A DNA stretch of 64,000 bases from Thermoanaerobaculia bacterium. Its GTDB lineage: Bacteria; Acidobacteriota; Thermoanaerobaculia; Multivoradales; Multivoraceae. The translations under genes and the position numbers were made by a program. The stretch is from positions 4,320,001-4,384,000 of the forward strand of contig OY761158.1 of the NCBI GenBank assembly GCA_963664405.1, in the 5' to 3' direction. Below are positions 30,990 through 40,077 of the stretch, one piece after another. Each line of letters starts with the position of its first letter. The stretch's first letter is position 1. Below the pieces are notes generated by a model. That model did no database searches. It saw only the letters and a program-made list of their open reading frames with translations, and was not told where the DNA came from.

Positions 30990-32105
30990 TTGGCCGTCGC
31001 GAAGCCTCTCAAACAGACACCGATCCACCAGTGCCATGTGGAGCTCGGTGGCCGCCTCGTCGAGTTCGCCGGTTGGGAGATGCCGGTTAGCTACAGCGGG
31101 GTGATCGAGGAGCATCGAGCGGTGCGATCGGCCGCCGGCCTCTTCGACGTTTCTCACATGGGCGAGATTCGAGTTCGGGGCGAGGGGGCCGAGGCTTTTG
31201 TCGATCGACTCACTCCGAACCGAGTCGAGGGACTCGCGAATGGGCGAGCTCAGTACAGCGCGCTACTCAACGAAGACGGCGCTTACATCGATGATCTCTT
31301 GGTCTACCGTTTTGCTGAGAACGACTTTCTTCTGGTGGTGAATGCCGGCAACACGGAAGTAGACCTGGAGTGGGTCGCGAGTCACGCTGGAGGACGGGTA
31401 GTGGTTGAAGACGTTTCGGAGGAGACGGCTCTGCTCGCCCTGCAAGGACCCGTCTCGGAGAAGATTCTCGGACGGGTTACTTCGCTGGACCTCGAAGGCC
31501 TCACCTACTACCGGTTCGTAAGTGGAGTCGTCTGCGGTGTGGAGATGACGGTGTCGCGAACCGGCTACACTGGTGAGGATGGCTTTGAGCTCTACCTGCC
31601 GTCGACCCTCGCCGCCTCGGTCTGGGAGCAGCTACTCGATGCCGGAGACGATTCGGGTCTCGTGCCAGTCGGACTGGGAGCCCGTGATACCTTGCGCTTG
31701 GAGGCGGGGCTCGCTCTTTACGGTCACGAGATCGACGCGACAGTGACTCCACTCGAAGCGGGCCTGGCATGGGTGGTCAAGCTCGACGGAAGCGACTTTA
31801 TCGGCAAGAGCGCATTGTTGCGTCAGCGGCAAGACGGCGTTCCGAGGAAGCTCGTCGGGCTGGAGCTCGAAGGGCGACGGATCGCTCGCCAGGGAGCCGA
31901 GGTTCTGTCGGGAGAAGTAGTTGTCGGCAGCGTTACCAGCGGCACCTGGAGCCCGACACTCGAGAAGCCGATCGGCTTGGCTCTGGTGGACGCCGCCTGT
32001 CGGGGTCTCGCAGAGAGTGCTGGGGTAGGCGTGCGGGGTCGGCGAGAGCCGGCGCGGCTCACGGATCTACCGTTCTATAAGCGACAAAGAGTGCAGGAGG
32101 CGTAG
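30990..32105 (+). CDS. gcvT: Glycine cleavage system aminomethyltransferase T
   Basis: FAGWEMPVSY, GLFDVSHMGE, SRTGYTGEDGFE, GLGARDTLRLEAG. Confidence 0.97.
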   Translation: MAVAKPLKQTPIHQCHVELGGRLVEFAGWEMPVSYSGVIEEHRAVRSAAGLFDVSHMGEIRVRGEGAEAFVDRLTPNRVEGLANGRAQYSALLNEDGAYIDDLLVYRFAENDFLLVVNAGNTEVDLEWVASHAGGRVVVEDVSEETALLALQGPVSEKILGRVTSLDLEGLTYYRFVSGVVCGVEMTVSRTGYTGEDGFELYLPSTLAASVWEQLLDAGDDSGLVPVGLGARDTLRLEAGLALYGHEIDATVTPLEAGLAWVVKLDGSDFIGKSALLRQRQDGVPRKLVGLELEGRRIARQGAEVLSGEVVVGSVTSGTWSPTLEKPIGLALVDAACRGLAESAGVGVRGRREPARLTDLPFYKRQRVQEA

Positions 32106-32106
32106 A

Positions 32107-32496
32107 GTGGCGAACTTTCCCCAGACCTTTCTCTATTCGAGTGAGCACGAGTGGCTGGAGGTCGAAGAGGAGACGGCGAGCCTCGGCATTACGGACTTTG
32201 CCCAATCCGAGCTCGGCGACGTCGTCTTTGTGGAGTTACCGTCGGTTGGCAATAGCTTTGCCGAAGGAGACGAGATCGGAACGATCGAGTCGGTCAAGGC
32301 GGTGGCAGAGATCTATACGCCGGTTTCCGGCGAGATCATCGAAATCAACGAGGACCTGGACGACCACCCTGAGATGGTCAACCAAGATCCCCACGGCTCT
32401 GGCTGGCTGGTGCGGTTGCGCCTCGCCCAGCCCGATGAGACTGCCAGCCTGATGAACGCGGAGGACTACGGGCGCTTCGTGGAGAGCGTCGAGTAA
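32107..32496 (+). CDS. gcvH: Glycine cleavage system H protein
   Basis: HEW, GITDFAQSELGD, IESVKA lipoyl-lysine motif. Confidence 0.97.
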   Translation: MANFPQTFLYSSEHEWLEVEEETASLGITDFAQSELGDVVFVELPSVGNSFAEGDEIGTIESVKAVAEIYTPVSGEIIEINEDLDDHPEMVNQDPHGSGWLVRLRLAQPDETASLMNAEDYGRFVESVE

Positions 32497-32506
32497 GGGC
32501 GGGGTC

Positions 32507-32920
32507 TTGGTCTTGCGCCGTGTCGAGCTGATCCTGGTGGCCTTCTTCTTTGCGACCTGGGGCGTGGATTGCCTCGCCCTCTTGGGGCTGGTCGAGATCA
32601 GTGGCAGCCTGGAGATCGGGCTCTACCCCCTTTATTCAATGGCAGCGGCGACGGGCTGGATCGCGGGCAATATCTATGTTCCCAGGACACGTCGGCTGCC
32701 ACGCGAGCTGCGTCGCCGATTCCTCTGGGTCTATTTCGTTGGCCCGGTCGGATTGATGTATCTGTTGCGCGCGATGGCGACCGAGCAGAGTCAACAGCAG
32801 GCGCCGCTCGTGCCGTTGTATGGCCTCGGAGTCTTTACCGTTCTCTTTCTGGTGCCGGTTGTGCTCAAGCGGTCGCCGCGTCACGCCACCTTCAGACTCG
32901 GCGGTCGTGACGAGGACTAG
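32507..32920 (+). CDS. Hypothetical membrane protein (about 4 TM)
   Basis: Hydrophobic ORF in operon position; its stop TAG is part of element B. Confidence 0.7.
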   Translation: MVLRRVELILVAFFFATWGVDCLALLGLVEISGSLEIGLYPLYSMAAATGWIAGNIYVPRTRRLPRELRRRFLWVYFVGPVGLMYLLRAMATEQSQQQAPLVPLYGLGVFTVLFLVPVVLKRSPRHATFRLGGRDED

Positions 32921-33081
32921 ACCAGCGTTTCCAAAGTTGGTGCACATAGCTCGAGGTCATTCTGTTCGCTGGCCAGGCGCGGCGACGCAGGCATATTGGG
33001 CAATATGTCGAGGAGGCGCAACGCCGCCAGCGGGCAGAAGGGGCCGAGATTTGTACGCGAACCTTGGAGACGCTGGTCTAG
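32917..33081. repeat. Rod-like palindromic element B (165 bp), inverted relative to C
   Basis: CTAGACCAGCGTTTCCAAAGTT...AACCTTGGAGACGCTGGTCTAG. Its reverse complement differs from element C at about 13 positions (manual count). Confidence 0.9.
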
Positions 33082-33108
33082 GATCCTCCGGTGGTACCAT
33101 GACGCGTC

Positions 33109-33903
33109 GTGTCATTGTGCCGAATCGATAGAATTTGTACCGATCTCGGCCGCCGCGGACCGATTCTGGTGGCCTTTTCCGGCGGGGTCGACTCTGGCCT
33201 GGTCGCGGCACTCAGCTATCGCGCTCTCGGCGCCGACGCCTTGGCGGTAACCGCCGCCGCGGAGACGATGGCCGGCCGTGAGCTGGATCAGGCCCGTCGT
33301 CTGGCTGCTGAAATAGGTATTGCACACGAGGTTGTCACCTACAGCGAGCTCGACAATCCAGAGTTCGTCGCCAACCCGAGCTTCCGCTGTTATGTCTGTC
33401 AGGGGATGCGCATGGACTCGATGACCGAGCTGGCCGGTCGGCGAGGCTATGCGACCGTCTGTGACGGTACCAACGCTTCCGATCCTGGTCCCAATCGGCC
33501 CGGTCTGGAGGCGATTACTGAGCGTGGCGTTTACAGTCCGCTGCTCGCCCATAGGGTTCTCAAGGCCGAAGCGCGAGCGATGAGCCAAAGCCTCGGATTG
33601 TCGGTTTGGAACCGGCCGCAAAACGCGTGTCTCTCTTCGCGGATTCCGCACGGCCAGCTGGTGACCTTGGAGCGCCTTCGTCGCGTCGAGGTGGCGGAGG
33701 AGGTCCTCTACGATCGGGGCTTTCGAGTGGTGCGGGTGCGCAACGACGGTGGCCACGCCAGGGTCGAGGTCGGCGCAGACGAGCTCGAGAGGCTGGCGCA
33801 ATTGTGGCCCCAGATCTCTCCGGAGCTCCTCGCCCTCGGCTTCCACGAAGTCGCTCTGGCAGAGAAGGGCTACCGTTCCGGCGGCGCCGACCTCGCTTCC
33901 TGA
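33109..33903 (+). CDS. larE: LarE-family ATP-dependent sulfur transferase
   Basis: PP-loop AFSGGVDS, RCYVC, DGTNASD, ACLSSRIP, VRVR. Confidence 0.88.
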   Translation: MSLCRIDRICTDLGRRGPILVAFSGGVDSGLVAALSYRALGADALAVTAAAETMAGRELDQARRLAAEIGIAHEVVTYSELDNPEFVANPSFRCYVCQGMRMDSMTELAGRRGYATVCDGTNASDPGPNRPGLEAITERGVYSPLLAHRVLKAEARAMSQSLGLSVWNRPQNACLSSRIPHGQLVTLERLRRVEVAEEVLYDRGFRVVRVRNDGGHARVEVGADELERLAQLWPQISPELLALGFHEVALAEKGYRSGGADLAS

Positions 33904-33911
33904 ACGCTGGT

Positions 33912-34952
33912 CTAGCCTCGACTCCTGCCACTACGCTCCAGCAGCATGGCGTCTCCGTAGGAGTAGAACCGGTAACCCTCTCGTGCCGCCTCTTGATAGG
34001 CGGCCAGAACGCGCTCGGTGCCGGCGAAGGCGCATACGAGCATCAGCAGAGTCGAGCGCGGGAGATGGAAGTTGGTGAAGAGAGCGTCCACCACCTCGAA
34101 GCGAAAGCCCGGTCGAATGAAGAGATCGGTTGCTGCCTCACCGGGCTGGAGTCGACCGCCTCCCTTCGAGACCGCCGACTCGAGTGCGCGAACTACGGTG
34201 GTGCCGACAGCGACGATCCGTCTGCCTTCGGCTCGGGCTCGATTGATGGTTTCGCACGCGCCTGGGTCGAGAGCGTAGCGCTCTGTGTGCATGTGGTGGT
34301 CGTCGATGTGGTCGGCGGAGACCGGACGGAAGGTGCCTATCCCTACGTGAAGAGTGATCTCGGTGGTTGCGATGCCGGCCGCGGTGAGGGCGGAGAGCAG
34401 GTCGCGGCTGAAGTGGAGGCCTGCGGTTGGGGCCGCGATGGCTCCGGGCTCGCGCGCGTAGACCGTCTGGTAGCGCTCGGCGTCTTCCGGTTCCTCCGCC
34501 CGTCCCAGGTATGGGGGCAAAGGGATGTGACCTACGCTCTCTAGGAGCCCTTCGATCTCGCGATCGAAACTGAGCTCGCAGAGGCCTTGGGTAGCGGGTC
34601 TCTCGATGCGCGCTCTCAGCCCCCCCTCGAGCAAGAGCTCTACGCCGGCGCGGAGCCGCTTGGCGGGCCGAGCCAGTGCGGTCCAGTGCTTCGGCCTCAG
34701 CTTCTCGCTCAGCAATAACTCGATCTCTCCTCCGCTGCCGACCCGCCGGGCAAAGAGACGCGCCCGAATCACACGGGTGTTGTTGAGAACGAGTAGGTCC
34801 CCTTGGCGGAGTAGCCGAGGCAGGCGATCGACGCTCTGGTGGCGGTCGGAAGGAGGGCCCTCGAGTACCAACAACCGACTGCTCCCGCGGGGCGCCGGCC
34901 TCTGCGCGATCTGCTCGGCGGGCAGGTGAAATTCGAAGTCTTCGGTGCGCAA
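33912..34952 (-). CDS. queA: S-adenosylmethionine:tRNA ribosyltransferase-isomerase
   Basis: IAQRP, LNNTRVIRARL, AAPTAGLHF, TLHVG, TNFHLP, YRFYSYGDAM; likely TTG start at 34952. Confidence 0.96.
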   Translation of the reverse strand: MRTEDFEFHLPAEQIAQRPAPRGSSRLLVLEGPPSDRHQSVDRLPRLLRQGDLLVLNNTRVIRARLFARRVGSGGEIELLLSEKLRPKHWTALARPAKRLRAGVELLLEGGLRARIERPATQGLCELSFDREIEGLLESVGHIPLPPYLGRAEEPEDAERYQTVYAREPGAIAAPTAGLHFSRDLLSALTAAGIATTEITLHVGIGTFRPVSADHIDDHHMHTERYALDPGACETINRARAEGRRIVAVGTTVVRALESAVSKGGGRLQPGEAATDLFIRPGFRFEVVDALFTNFHLPRSTLLMLVCAFAGTERVLAAYQEAAREGYRFYSYGDAMLLERSGRSRG

Positions 34953-34993
34953 ATCAGATTTACCCAGGGACCCAACTGGTATCGTTGAGGGTG

Positions 34994-36382
34994 ATGGCAA
35001 AGGACGCCCGAGCGCGGTTTTCTCGACGACTTCTGGTCGGCACTGTTGTCGTGGGTGTCCTCATCCTCTGCAATCTCGGCCTTTTCGGGATGCTGCTCTT
35101 CCGCTCGCTGTCGGAGCAGGAGCTTCGAAGGGTGTTGGGAGAGACCCGCACCGAAGCGGAAGAACTGGCTTCACAGCTCGCCGGAGAGGTCGAGAGGGAA
35201 GGGGCGGATCTCTTCACCGCCATCGTACAAGAGCAGGAGACCCAGACCTATATCGACCGAGTGCTGACTCAGAGAGAGATCGTCGAGACTGTGCGGATCT
35301 TTGATAGCGCCGGAACTCTGGTCTTCGAGAAGCGGGAGGAGAGCAGCGAGTCGGCGGACGAGAGCGCCGATCTCGGCCTCGATGAGCCGAGCTCAGTGCA
35401 GACCAAGGTCTTGCGCACAGAGACGCCGTACGAAGTGTTGGAGGTTCCGGTGGGAAAGGTCGGCTCCTTTGTCATTGGTCTCAGCAAGACCGAGCTCGAT
35501 CGCAGAGTTCAAGTGCTGCGCGGGGAGCTCATCCGCACCGCGGCGCCGATCGCCGTCTTGACGGTGGTTCTCCTCGTCGGCGCCTACATTCTCATTCTGT
35601 GGTTGGTGCGCCGAGGGCGCAAGCTCGAGGGGCGAGCGAGAGAGGCGGAACAGCTCGCCTACGTGGGCACCCTCGCATCGGGGCTTGCTCACGAGATCAG
35701 GAGTCCTCTGAATAGCCTCAACCTCAACATGCAGATGCTCGAGGAGGAAGCGGGAGAGCGAGAAGGTTCCTCGCGGCAGCGGATCCTTTCGATTGCGAGA
35801 TCGGAGATCACCAGACTAGAGAACCTGGTCACAGACTTTCTGTCTTACGCTCGCCCGCGACCTCTAGAGATCTGTAGAGTTCGGGCAGTCGATCTTCTGC
35901 ACCGTGTGAAGAGCGTTCTCTCCGGGGAGCTTCGGGCGGGCTCTGTCGAGCTCGAAGTGGTCGACTCCACGGGTGGCGCCGAAGTGGAGGTGGATGTCGA
36001 TCAGCTCAGCCAGCTGCTGCTGAATCTAGTGCAGAATGGGATCTTCGCGGCCGAGAAGAGCGGACGCTTGCCGCACATTCGACTGCTTGCGGAGCGCCTG
36101 GGTGGACGTCTACGTCTTTCTGTCGAAGACAACGGCGGCGGCATCCCGGAGGCTGAAAGAGATCGCATTTTCGATCTCTTCTACTCGACGCGCAAGGGTG
36201 GCACTGGGCTCGGGTTGGCGATTGCCCGCCGGATCGCTCATGAGCATGGCGGAGAGCTGTCGGTCGACAGCCCATCGTCGGGGGGCACGCGTGTAGGCGT
36301 CGCTCTGGCCGCCGCCGGAAAGTCGCGACTCCACGACGTCGCCGAGATGGAGGGCCGCCCGAGTATCAGCGCGATTTCTTGA
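34994..36382 (+). CDS. Membrane sensor histidine kinase
   Basis: Two TM helices, LAHEIRSPL (H box), NLVQNG, DNGGG, GTGLGL. Confidence 0.93.
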   Translation: MAKDARARFSRRLLVGTVVVGVLILCNLGLFGMLLFRSLSEQELRRVLGETRTEAEELASQLAGEVEREGADLFTAIVQEQETQTYIDRVLTQREIVETVRIFDSAGTLVFEKREESSESADESADLGLDEPSSVQTKVLRTETPYEVLEVPVGKVGSFVIGLSKTELDRRVQVLRGELIRTAAPIAVLTVVLLVGAYILILWLVRRGRKLEGRAREAEQLAYVGTLASGLAHEIRSPLNSLNLNMQMLEEEAGEREGSSRQRILSIARSEITRLENLVTDFLSYARPRPLEICRVRAVDLLHRVKSVLSGELRAGSVELEVVDSTGGAEVEVDVDQLSQLLLNLVQNGIFAAEKSGRLPHIRLLAERLGGRLRLSVEDNGGGIPEAERDRIFDLFYSTRKGGTGLGLAIARRIAHEHGGELSVDSPSSGGTRVGVALAAAGKSRLHDVAEMEGRPSISAIS

Positions 36383-36439
36383 GCCGCCCAGACACAGCGG
36401 GCACTCAACGGAGGGCAAGAGCTCCTTCGGTCTCTCCGA

Positions 36440-36469
36440 TTGACCCGAGGACGGTTCCCATGCTACCTT
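36440..36469 (+). promoter_or_regulatory. Sigma-70-type promoter of the rplU operon
   Basis: TTGACC-N18-TACCTT with extended TG. Confidence 0.5.
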
Positions 36470-36535
36470 CCGCAATCCCCACGGCGTGGGGTTTCCACCG
36501 ATGTGGGTGAGCTATATCTGGGGTACGGCACGATC

Positions 36536-36853
36536 ATGTATGCGATCATCGAAAGCGGCGGAAAACAGTATCGGGTGGAGAGTGGCGACGTGCTCGATGT
36601 CGAGCTCGACGCCGCGGTCGACGGAGAAGGCGTGAGCTTCGATCGGGTCCTGATGGTTGGCGGCGAAGGCCCCATCAAAGTGGGCGATCCGGTGGTCGCG
36701 GACGCGAGTGTCAGTGCCGTCGCCGTAGGCGAGGTCCGCGGACCTAAGATCGTGGTGTTCAAGAAAAAGCGGCGCAAGGGCTACAAGCGTACGCGTGGTC
36801 ACCGTCAGAACCTGCTCCGGGTTCGCATCGACGAGATCCAACCGGGAGCCTGA
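36536..36853 (+). CDS. rplU: 50S ribosomal protein L21
   Basis: MYAIIESGGKQYRV...FKKKRRKGYKRTRGHRQ. Confidence 0.98.
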   Translation: MYAIIESGGKQYRVESGDVLDVELDAAVDGEGVSFDRVLMVGGEGPIKVGDPVVADASVSAVAVGEVRGPKIVVFKKKRRKGYKRTRGHRQNLLRVRIDEIQPGA

Positions 36854-36867
36854 AGGAGCGCTGAGCC

Positions 36868-37125
36868 ATGGCACACAAAAAAGGTCAAGGATCGAGTCGT
36901 AACGGAAGGGATTCCAACGCCCAGAACCTGGGTGTCAAGCGTTTCGGTGGTCAGCCTGTTCTCGGGGGCACCATCTTGGTGAGGCAGCGAGGCACCAAGT
37001 TTCATCCCGGCGAAAACGTCGGACGTGGCGGCGACGACACCTTGTTCGCCACCGCTGCCGGTATAGTGACCTTCCAGAACAAGGGCAGGCGAGGGAAATT
37101 CGTCCACGTCCTTCCCGCCGAGTGA
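36868..37125 (+). CDS. rpmA: 50S ribosomal protein L27
   Basis: [16 protein letters not shown]. Confidence 0.98.
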   Translation: MAHKKGQGSSRNGRDSNAQNLGVKRFGGQPVLGGTILVRQRGTKFHPGENVGRGGDDTLFATAAGIVTFQNKGRRGKFVHVLPAE

Positions 37126-37168
37126 GCTTGGAGCTCCGCGCCCCTAGGCCGCTTGCTCCCGAGGCCAA

Positions 37169-38173
37169 TTGGTCTTCATCGACGAGGCTAGAATCGAGGT
37201 CCGCGGCGGCAGCGGAGGGGATGGCTGCGTCGCGTTTCGGCGCGAGAAGTACGTACCGAAAGGCGGCCCGGCGGGCGGCAACGGTGGCAACGGCGGGTCG
37301 GTAATCCTCGTCGGCGACCGTTCCCTGAACACACTCTTCCACCTCCGTCACACGAGGCACCTCAATGCCGAGAGGGGCCGCCACGGAGAAGGCTCTAATC
37401 GCACCGGGCGCTCCGGCGAGGACTCCCGAGTGAGAGTGCCGCTCGGCACATTGGCCTACGCAGCCGACGGGCAAGAGCCATTCGGTGAGATCCTGGAGCA
37501 GGACGAGGAGTTGGTCGTAGCCGTGGGTGGGCGCGGTGGCCGTGGCAACGCTCACTTCGCTACCGCGACCCGCCAGGCGCCGGACCAGGCACAGCGTGGA
37601 GGAGAGGGCGCTGAGCTCGATCTGCGACTGGAGCTGAAGCTGCTTGCGGATGTGGGGCTGGTAGGCCTGCCCAATGCGGGTAAATCGACCTTCATCAGCG
37701 TCGTCTCGGCGGCTCGCCCCAAGGTCGCCGACTATCCGTTCACCACTCTTGTACCCCAGCTCGGAGTGGTCGCCCTCGATCCTTTGCGCGATCCGTTTGT
37801 TATCGCAGATCTTCCGGGCCTGGTTGAAGGCGCTGCCGATGGGGTCGGGCTGGGTATTCAGTTTCTCAAGCACGTCGAGAGATGCCGGCTGCTGGTGCAC
37901 TTGGTCGACCTCTCGGGTGATGACGGGGACCCGCTCAGGGATGTGACGACCGTCGAGAGGGAGCTCGAGGCCTTCAACGCCGACCTCCTCTCTCGCCAGC
38001 GCTTTCTGGTCGGGAGCAAGCGTGACGCCGCGAATCCCAGCCGCTCGGAGAGTTTGCGTGAAGCCGCCTCGGCAAGGGGACTTCGCTATTACGAAGTTTC
38101 CGCTGTAACGCGCGACGGATTACCCCAGTTGCTCGGCGCTCTCGAGACGGCTCTCGGTAGTGGGTGTGAGTGA
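37169..38173 (+). CDS. obgE: GTPase ObgE/CgtA
   Basis: Gly-rich Obg domain, GLPNAGKST, YPFTT, DLPG. Confidence 0.97.
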   Translation: MVFIDEARIEVRGGSGGDGCVAFRREKYVPKGGPAGGNGGNGGSVILVGDRSLNTLFHLRHTRHLNAERGRHGEGSNRTGRSGEDSRVRVPLGTLAYAADGQEPFGEILEQDEELVVAVGGRGGRGNAHFATATRQAPDQAQRGGEGAELDLRLELKLLADVGLVGLPNAGKSTFISVVSAARPKVADYPFTTLVPQLGVVALDPLRDPFVIADLPGLVEGAADGVGLGIQFLKHVERCRLLVHLVDLSGDDGDPLRDVTTVERELEAFNADLLSRQRFLVGSKRDAANPSRSESLREAASARGLRYYEVSAVTRDGLPQLLGALETALGSGCE

Positions 38174-38775
38174 TGAGGTTGGGGCTCTTTGGGGGTAGCT
38201 TCGATCCTATTCACCGAGGTCACGTCGAACCTGTGCTCGAAGCAGCCGAACGACTCGGTCTGGACCGCGTCGTCTACCTCCCAACCGGTCGGCCCCCGCA
38301 CAAGCCGGATCGGAAGCTCGCTCCCGCGCTCCCCCGTTATGCAATGACCGACATCGCCTTGCTGGAGCATCGGGATCTGTGGGTGTCCGCCTTCGAGCTC
38401 TCGGAAGAACGCCCTTCGTACACCATCGACACCATCCTCCACTTCCGGGCGAAGCACCCAGCGGCCGAGATCTTTCTTCTGGTGGGAGCCGACTCCTATG
38501 CTGAGTTGCGGCTTTGGCATCGTTGGGAGGCGATTCTCGATAACGCGACCTTGGTCGTACTCGACCGTCCACCGATCGAAGCCAAGGCAGCGAAGATCGA
38601 GGGGAGCGGCGCGGCCCCTGTGACAGACCACAGGGTGGTGCTGGCCGGCAACAGCCCCCGCGATGTCTCGTCGACCGAGATCCGGGCTCTGCTGGCTCGT
38701 CGAGAGCGCCCCCCCTCGAGTTGGATGTCTTCAGCGGTGGTAGACTTTGCTCTCAAGTACCGCCTCTATCGATGA
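38170..38775 (+). CDS. nadD: Nicotinate-nucleotide adenylyltransferase
   Basis: GGSFDPIHRGH, SYTIDT, VSSTEIR. Confidence 0.96.
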   Translation: MMRLGLFGGSFDPIHRGHVEPVLEAAERLGLDRVVYLPTGRPPHKPDRKLAPALPRYAMTDIALLEHRDLWVSAFELSEERPSYTIDTILHFRAKHPAAEIFLLVGADSYAELRLWHRWEAILDNATLVVLDRPPIEAKAAKIEGSGAAPVTDHRVVLAGNSPRDVSSTEIRALLARRERPPSSWMSSAVVDFALKYRLYR

Positions 38776-39164
38776 CTGTAACGTCCCCCTCGCCAGAGCC
38801 CAGCGTCGGTCTTCGCCTTGCCGTGGAGGTGGCGGACGGCCGGCAGGCGATCGACCTCAAGGTGCTCGAGCTCGAAGCCGTTAGCGACTTCACGGATCAC
38901 TTCTTGATTTGCTCCGGCTCGAGCTCTCGCCAAGTTCAGGCCATCGCGGATGCGGTCGAGAGGAGGTTGCGGGATGGCGGGGTGCGGCCGCTTCATATCG
39001 AGGGGGCCAGACAGGGGCGCTGGGTGCTGATGGACTACGGAGAGTTTATCGTCCATATTTTCGACCCGGAGCGGCGCGACTACTTTCGCCTCGAAGACAT
39101 CTGGTCCGACGCCCCGGACATCACCGACTCCCTTCTCGAAAACGGCTCTGCGGCCGAGCTGTGA
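38772..39164 (+). CDS. rsfS: Ribosome silencing factor
   Basis: RQVQAIAD, WVLMDYGEFIVHIF, RLEDIW. Confidence 0.95.
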   Translation: MTVTSPSPEPSVGLRLAVEVADGRQAIDLKVLELEAVSDFTDHFLICSGSSSRQVQAIADAVERRLRDGGVRPLHIEGARQGRWVLMDYGEFIVHIFDPERRDYFRLEDIWSDAPDITDSLLENGSAAEL

Positions 39165-40072
39165 TCGCTCAGCCGCTTTCCCTCGAGCGAGTCATGAGCT
39201 CGTCAGTGCTTGCTCAGGCGCTTCGCGGCGCCGAGCGAGCAGCGCGAGCGGACACGCCTCTGCTCATCCTCGGCGAGGCAGGCACCGGCCGCACCACTTT
39301 CGCGCGTGCTCTGCATGACGCCAGCACCCGCACTGGAGCTCTTGTGGAGGTTGACGTCGCTACGATCCCTGCTTCTCTCTTCGAGAGCGAGCTCTTCGGT
39401 TACCGCGCTGGAGCCTTCAGTGGGGCAGACCGAAACAACGCCGGCAGGGTGACGCTGGCTCGCCAGGGAACGCTCTTCCTCGACCACATCGAGGAGCTTC
39501 CCCTGGAGACTCAGCCCAAGCTCCTTCGCCTTCTTGCTGAGGGGGCCTACGCTCCACTCGGTGGGGCTGAGGCCCACTGTGACGCTCGCGTCATCGCGGT
39601 AGCCTCGGATCAACTGCCACAGCGGGTTCAGCGCGGTCTCTTCCGGGAGGATCTCTACTATCGACTCGACGTCATCTCCTTTCAAATGCCACCATTGCGG
39701 CAGCGAAAGGGGGACCTGGCCGAGCTCGTCGAAGTAATGCTCGAGGAATTGCGTCAGCGTTACCGTCGTTTTGATCTGGTCTTGGAGGAGACCGCTCTCG
39801 AGTGGATGGAGGGCTACTCCTGGCCGGGAAATTTGCGCCAGCTCCGCAACCTGCTCGAGCGCGAGCTACTCTCCGGCGACAGTCCGACGCTAAGTCCCGG
39901 ACCCCCCTTCGATGCAATGGGAGAGCGCCCCAAGCGTCTTCGCGATCTCGAGTTGGAAGAGGTCAAGAAGGCCTTGCGGTACACGAAGGGGCATCAAGGT
40001 CGCGCGGCTGCCCTCCTCGGTATCAGCCGAAAGTCTCTGTGGGAGAAGCGCAAGCGCTTCGAGATCGGCTGA
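39161..40072 (+). CDS. Sigma-54-interaction-domain protein with HTH, no sensory domain and degenerate ATPase motifs
   Basis: GEAGTGRT, ESELFG...GAFSGA, LFLDHIEE, FREDLYYRL, WPGNLRQL, HTH. Confidence 0.85.
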   Translation: MIAQPLSLERVMSSSVLAQALRGAERAARADTPLLILGEAGTGRTTFARALHDASTRTGALVEVDVATIPASLFESELFGYRAGAFSGADRNNAGRVTLARQGTLFLDHIEELPLETQPKLLRLLAEGAYAPLGGAEAHCDARVIAVASDQLPQRVQRGLFREDLYYRLDVISFQMPPLRQRKGDLAELVEVMLEELRQRYRRFDLVLEETALEWMEGYSWPGNLRQLRNLLERELLSGDSPTLSPGPPFDAMGERPKRLRDLELEEVKKALRYTKGHQGRAAALLGISRKSLWEKRKRFEIG

Positions 40073-40077
40073 CTCGA

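Noticed and set aside
32996-33250. Repeated short ORF MGNMSRRRNA... (also 53621-53836 on the minus strand)
   Set aside because: It is a by-product of palindromic elements B and C; there is no SD and it is not preserved in element A.
34994-36382. Orphan histidine kinase as a novel system
   Set aside because: Its motifs are ordinary, and unlinked response regulators are common.
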